From positions 116,558,230 to 116,622,229 of the forward strand of contig NC_092376.1 of NCBI RefSeq assembly GCF_030028105.1: 64,000 nt of DNA, in the 5' to 3' direction. The translations under genes were made by a program, and so were the position numbers. The notes beneath the pieces are model-generated. The model saw only the letters and a list, made by a program, of their open reading frames with translations, made no database searches and was not told the origin of the DNA. Positions 58,938-64,000 of the stretch are shown here, in pieces. Origin of the DNA: Mobula birostris (lineage: Eukaryota). The first letter of the stretch is position 1, and each line of letters starts with the position of its first letter.

Positions 58938-60317
58938 TACCATAAGACAAAGGAGCAGAAGTCCGGCCATTCGGCCCATCGAGTCTGCTCCTCCATTTTA
59001 TCATTAGCTGATCCATTCTCCCATTTAGTCCCACACCCCCGCCTTCTCACCATAACCTTTGATGCCCTGGCTACTCAAATACCTATCAATCTCTGCCTTA
59101 AATACACCCAATGACTTGGCCTCCACTGCTGCCCGTGGCAACAAATTCCATAGATTCACCACCCTCCGACTAAAAAAATGTCTTCGCATTTCTGTTCTGA
59201 ATCCTTAAGTCCTGCTCTCTCGTACTAGACTCCCCCATCATGGGAAACAACTTTGCCACATCCACCCTGTCCATGCCTTTCAACATTCAAAATGTTTCTA
59301 TGAGGTCTCTCCTCAATCTTCTAAACTCCAAGGAATACAGTCCAAGAGCGGACAAACGTTCCTCATATGTTAACCCTCTCATTCCCGGAATCATTCTGGT
59401 GAATCTTCTCTGTACTCACTCCAACGTCAGCACATCCTTTCTTAAATAAGGAGACCAAAACTGCCCACAGTACTTCAAGTGAGGTCTCACCAGCGCCTTA
59501 TAGAGCCTCAACATCACATCCCTGCTCCTATACTCTATTCCTCTAGAAATGAATGCCAACATTGCATTCGCCTTCTTCACTACCGACTCAACCTGGAGGT
59601 TAACCTTAAGGGTATCCTGTACGAGGACTCCCAAGTCCCATTACATCTCAGAACTTTGAATTCTTTCCCCATTTAAATAATAGTCTGCCCATTTATTTTT
59701 TCTGCCAAAGTGCATAACCATACACTTTCCAACATTGCCACTTCTTTGTCCATTCTTCCAATCTATCCAAGTCTCTCTGCAGACTTTCTGTTTCCTCAGC
59801 ACTACTGGCCCCTCCACCTATCTTCGTATCGTCAGCAAACAGTCACAAAGCCATCTATTCCATAATCCAAATCGTTGATGTACAATGTAAAAAGAAGCGG
59901 CCCCAACACTGACCCCTGTGGAACACCACTGGTAACCGGCAGCCAACCAGAATAGGATCCCTTTATTCCCACTCTCTGTTTCCTGCCAATCAGCCAACGC
60001 TCTATCCACGTATGTAACTTGCATCTCTCTTGTCTAGCCTACTGGTAATTTCCTCAAAAAATTTTAATAGGTTTGTCAGGCAGGATTTTCCTTTAAGGAA
60101 TCCATGCTGAGTTCTGCCTATCTTGTCATATGCCTCCAGGTACTCTGTAACCTCATCCTTGACAATCGACTCCAACAACTTCCCAACCAACGATGTCAAG
60201 CTAACAGGTCTATAATTTCCTTTTTGCTTCCTTGCCCCCTTCTTAAATAGCGGAGTGACATTTGCAATCTTCCAGTCCTCCGGAACCATGCCAGAATCTA
60301 TCGACTTTTGAAAGATC
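58938..60317 (-). mobile_element. CR1 LINE 3' fragment directly upstream of the TIM promoter
   Basis: NYRPVSLTS, GVPQG-like, LVRPHLKYCGQFWSP, accataagac tail. Confidence 0.88.
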
Positions 60318-60706
60318 GGGAATCCGCCTGCAGCTCAATGGAGTAACACATAAATTTTGTGGCTGCCTTTAATTCCTCCTTTTCCCCAGTCTAAACCTTG
60401 AATTATTCAACTTTTATTTTTTGGATCTTAGAGGGAAATAGTGGTCATTTTGTCGTATCCTTTAAGAAGTGGAAAACAGCCTTTTGAACCCAGCAATGGA
60501 AAGGAAAAAACTTCAAAAGAAAAATCAGAAGATATGCCTGTCTGGGCTGAGCGTTTGGAATGTACGTTGATGGCTCTCAATAACAAAATGGATAATAACA
60601 CCTCTGAGTTGAAGTCGTTTCGACAGAGTTTACAGACTTTTGAGGAAAATATTCTTTCCTTGAATACTGAGTTTAAAGAATCGAAACGTCAGGTTGCGGA
60701 TATTTC

Positions 60707-62088
60707 TTTTTTTTTAAATTTTATTTTTATTTGGATAAGGAATTCACAAATATCATGTACTTTTTTCACACATATAACCTTTTCCATTTTTTTATATGTA
60801 TAAAACTACAATTATTTATACATTCTTAAGTACACATTGAGATGATATAAAAGGAAAATAAACATTTAAATAGATAATTATGTACTGTGGTAAATCTAAC
60901 CTATTAGGCTAAGTAATGGAAGTAGTTGTTAAGAAAAATGGTAATAATAATTTCCATATAACCCTTCTGGACCATTTCCACTGGTCCAAAATGTTGTATA
61001 TAAGCCTATGTATCAACCATTGTAGGTGTTTATATCCTAATTTGTTCATGCTTGCTCCTGCCCGCAGACATAATTATCCAATCCCTATGTACTTATTTAC
61101 TTAATTTTTTCATTTTTTTTATCCCTTTCCCAAATCTTTCCCTTTACTTGTGTTAATTTTCTATTTTCCAAAAGAAAACAAAAAAAACAAACATTTAGAC
61201 TAGGGGTGCTTACGTTAGCAATATTACTGTGTTGAAGAGAAGAGCAGTATAAATCATTAGGAGAGTCATCTAAAGTCTGCTCGCATTAGGGTTATATATT
61301 CAATCCATTTATCCCAGATTTGATAAAATTTTTCTTTTTGAGTTCTCAGAGAGTAAGTCAACTTTTCCATTTTAAATATTTCCAAGATAATTTAGTACCA
61401 ATCTTCTAATGTAGGTGGTATTGGATTTAGCCATTTTCTAGTGATTGATTTCTTACTTGCCGCAAAGAGGGCCTGCAGCAACTTTATATCTTCCTTCTGT
61501 TCAAGAAACAATACATGCCCCAAATAGAGCGTCTCAAAGTTCAGAAGTATCTGGGACCTAAGTACCTTAACTAATGTTCTATGAATACCTTCCCAAAATA
61601 GACTTAATTTAGGGCAATCCCAAAAAATGTGAAAATGATTTGCCTCCTTGGAGCCGCACCTTCTCCAACACATCACATTTGTATCTTTATATTTTTCCTG
61701 ATATGGGGTCTTGAAGTATCTTATAATGTTTTTCCAACAATGTTCTCTCCAAGTCAAAGAATTAGTCGAGGACCATTGAAAGCTGCAGATTTTCTCCCAA
61801 GCCTCCTCTGAAAGTACCAACCCCGCTTCTTTCTCCCACTTCTCTTTAATATACAGTGTATTTACATTTTTAGCATGGGAGAGTGCATTATATAACCGAG
61901 AAACTGATTTACTAGGTATTGAACTGCAAGCCGAATTCAGAATCTTGAAAAATTCTAATTCTACCGTTGATAGGTTGATAGATTGATACTGTTGATATCT
62001 ACAACTCTGGTTAACATAGTTTCGTACTTGAAGGTACCTAAAAAAGTCATTATGTTCTAGGCCATGTTTGTCCTGCAGGATTTGGATT
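60707..62088 (-). mobile_element. 5'-truncated L1 inserted antisense in L1 ORF1
   Basis: ORF2 C-terminus CWRRCGSKEANHFHIFWDCPKL, poly(A) tail, 15-bp TSD GGTTGCGGATATTTC (60692-60706, 62089-62103). Confidence 0.9.
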
Positions 62089-63020
62089 TGGTTGCGGATA
62101 TTTCAACCCGACTGGAACAGGCTCAACGCAAAATTTTCGATTTAGAGGCAAAGTCTCGTAGGAATAACATTTGTATTCTGGGTCTTCCGGAACACTCTGA
62201 ATCTGGGAATCTATTGGATTATTTTGCCAATCTGTTTCAATCTCTGTTCCCAGATATTCTATCTCAGCCTCCCGAGATTGAAAGAGCTCACAGAATTTTT
62301 ACTTCGTCAAGCTCGACCAATTTTAGTCAACTTTCTTCGCTTTAAGGTTTAAGATCAAATCATAAAATGTGCAAGAAAACAGAAAGTTTTTAAATTTAAC
62401 GGTTCCGAGATCCGTCTTTATGAAGATTATCCACGGGAAGTTATGGAACAACGGATCAAATTCACACCGGTCATGAAAATCGCTTACAAAAAAACTCTTT
62501 TTCCATCCCTGAGATATCCAGCGAAACTGAAGTTATTTCCTAAAGACTCTACCCCTCGTGTCTTCTTGGATCCCCAAGTGGCATTGGATTTTGTCAATTC
62601 TATTGTGGAATCGGCTGAAGTATGAAGGATATTAGAGTCTCCGAATAATTTTCTAAAAGAAAACAGGTTTTGAAGATTTCGGTATGCTGAAGATATCTTT
62701 TGATTGATGGATTACTTAAAGAAGAGGTGGTCTTCTTGGTTTGATTAAAGAATGACTTTCTTTTGAAGACTGTTTAGTATACGGAGTGAATTAATACAGT
62801 GGATAGATTGTAAACTGGTTTGATTATCTGTTTCTATTTTTCTTTTTCTTTATTAATTAAGTGATAGTTTGCTTGCAGTTTATATAGATTTTTTTCTTAC
62901 ATTATGGAGTGTTTAGTAATAGATAATTAGCTTTAATTTTTTGTTAAATAAGGTAGTAAGTTAAAGAATAATGGTGTTGATTTTCTCTCTTTAGAGATTA
63001 AACTGTTTGGGTTAATAGTA

Positions 63021-63818
63021 AACAACAGGAATTCTGCAGATGCTGGAAATTCAAGCAACACACATCAAAGTTGCTGGTGAACGCAGCAGGCCAGGCAGCA
63101 TCTGTAGGAAGAGGTGCAGTCGACGTTTCAGGCCGAGACCCTTCGTCAGGACTAACTGAAGGAAGAGTGAGTAAGGGATTTGAAAGTTGGAGGGGGAGGG
63201 GGAGATCCAAAATGATAGGAGAAGACAGGAGGGGGAGGGATGGAGCCAAGAGCTGGACAGGTGATAGGCAAAAGGGGATACAAGAGGATCATGGGACAGA
63301 AGGTCCAGGAAGAAAGACAAGAGGGGGGGCACCCAGAGGATGGGCAAGAGGTATATTCAGAGGGACAGAGGGAGAAAAAGGAGAGCGAGAGAAAGAATGT
63401 GTGCATAAAAATGAGTAACAGATGGGATACAAGGGGGAGGTGGGGCCTTAGTGGAAGTTAGAGAAGTCGATGTTCATGCCATCAGGTTGGAGGCTACCCA
63501 GACGGAATATAAGTTGTTGTTCCTCCAACCTGAGTGTGGCTTCATCTTTACAGTAGAGGAGGCCGTGGATAGACATGTCAGAATGGGAATGGGATGTGGA
63601 ATTAAAATGTGTGGCCACTGGGAGATCCTGCTTTCTCTGGCGGACAGAGTGTAGGTGTTCAGCAAAGCGGTCTCCCAGTCTGCGTCGGGTCTCGCCAATA
63701 TATAAAAGGCCACATCGGGAGCACCGGACACAGTATAGTACCCCAGCCGACTCACAGGTGAAGTGTTGCCTCACCTGGAAGGACTGTTTGGGGCCCTGAA
63801 TGGTGGTAAGGGAGGAAG
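63021..63818 (-). mobile_element. Penelope-like element (GIY-YIG end plus terminal repeat)
   Basis: [29 protein letters not shown]; 13-bp TSD TGGGTTAATAGTA (63008-63020, 63819-63831). Confidence 0.92.
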
Positions 63819-64000
63819 TGGGTTAATAGTATCGTTTCGGTGTCTTTGGAGACTGTCTCCGCATTCCTTTAGCCTGTTTTCAATGATTAAGTACAAACAA
63901 TTTTTCTTCGCTGGACTTTCTTATTTTAAGGTTACGTATTTTCGTTGTAAGGGGGAGGGGGGAATTGGGAGAAAAAACTTTTAATCATTATTTAAATTGA

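Larger units (their letters stand above)
60318..64000 (+). mobile_element. L1-clade LINE 5' region (ORF1 and inter-ORF), interrupted twice
   Basis: Coiled coil then DLEAKSRRNNICILGLPE..EIERAHR..LYEDYP..LRYPAKL (L1 ORF1). Confidence 0.8.

Overview
Eukaryotic, repeat-dense genomic DNA. The repeat landscape (CR1, Rex1/Babar, RTE, Penelope, L1, Nimb/I, hAT, Tc1/mariner, Harbinger, solo LTRs) suggests a cartilaginous fish, probably a ray; this is inference. The only host gene I can support is a minus-strand TIM/HAVCR-family receptor. I built a 7-exon model by hand (58740 to 38188, about 256 aa: signal peptide, six-Cys IgV, short S/T stalk, TM, tail) with consistent splice phases. Its FG loop reads PFND instead of WFND, and its TM segment contains an arginine. 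Two decayed paralogous TIM units are also present: a half-deleted IgV nested in intron 3 (about 45.2-46.0 kb) and a scattered pseudogene at about 1.4-16.3 kb. Between the paralogues lies a degraded class III (ERV-L/ERV-S-like) provirus (17127-29796) with paired LTRs, a tRNA-Ser-like PBS, ERV-L-type gag and gamma-type env but no visible pol. It carries nested insertions: a TcMar MITE, a full-length RNase H-bearing Nimb/I LINE and a hAT transposon. All homology calls are motif recognition by eye; no searches were run.
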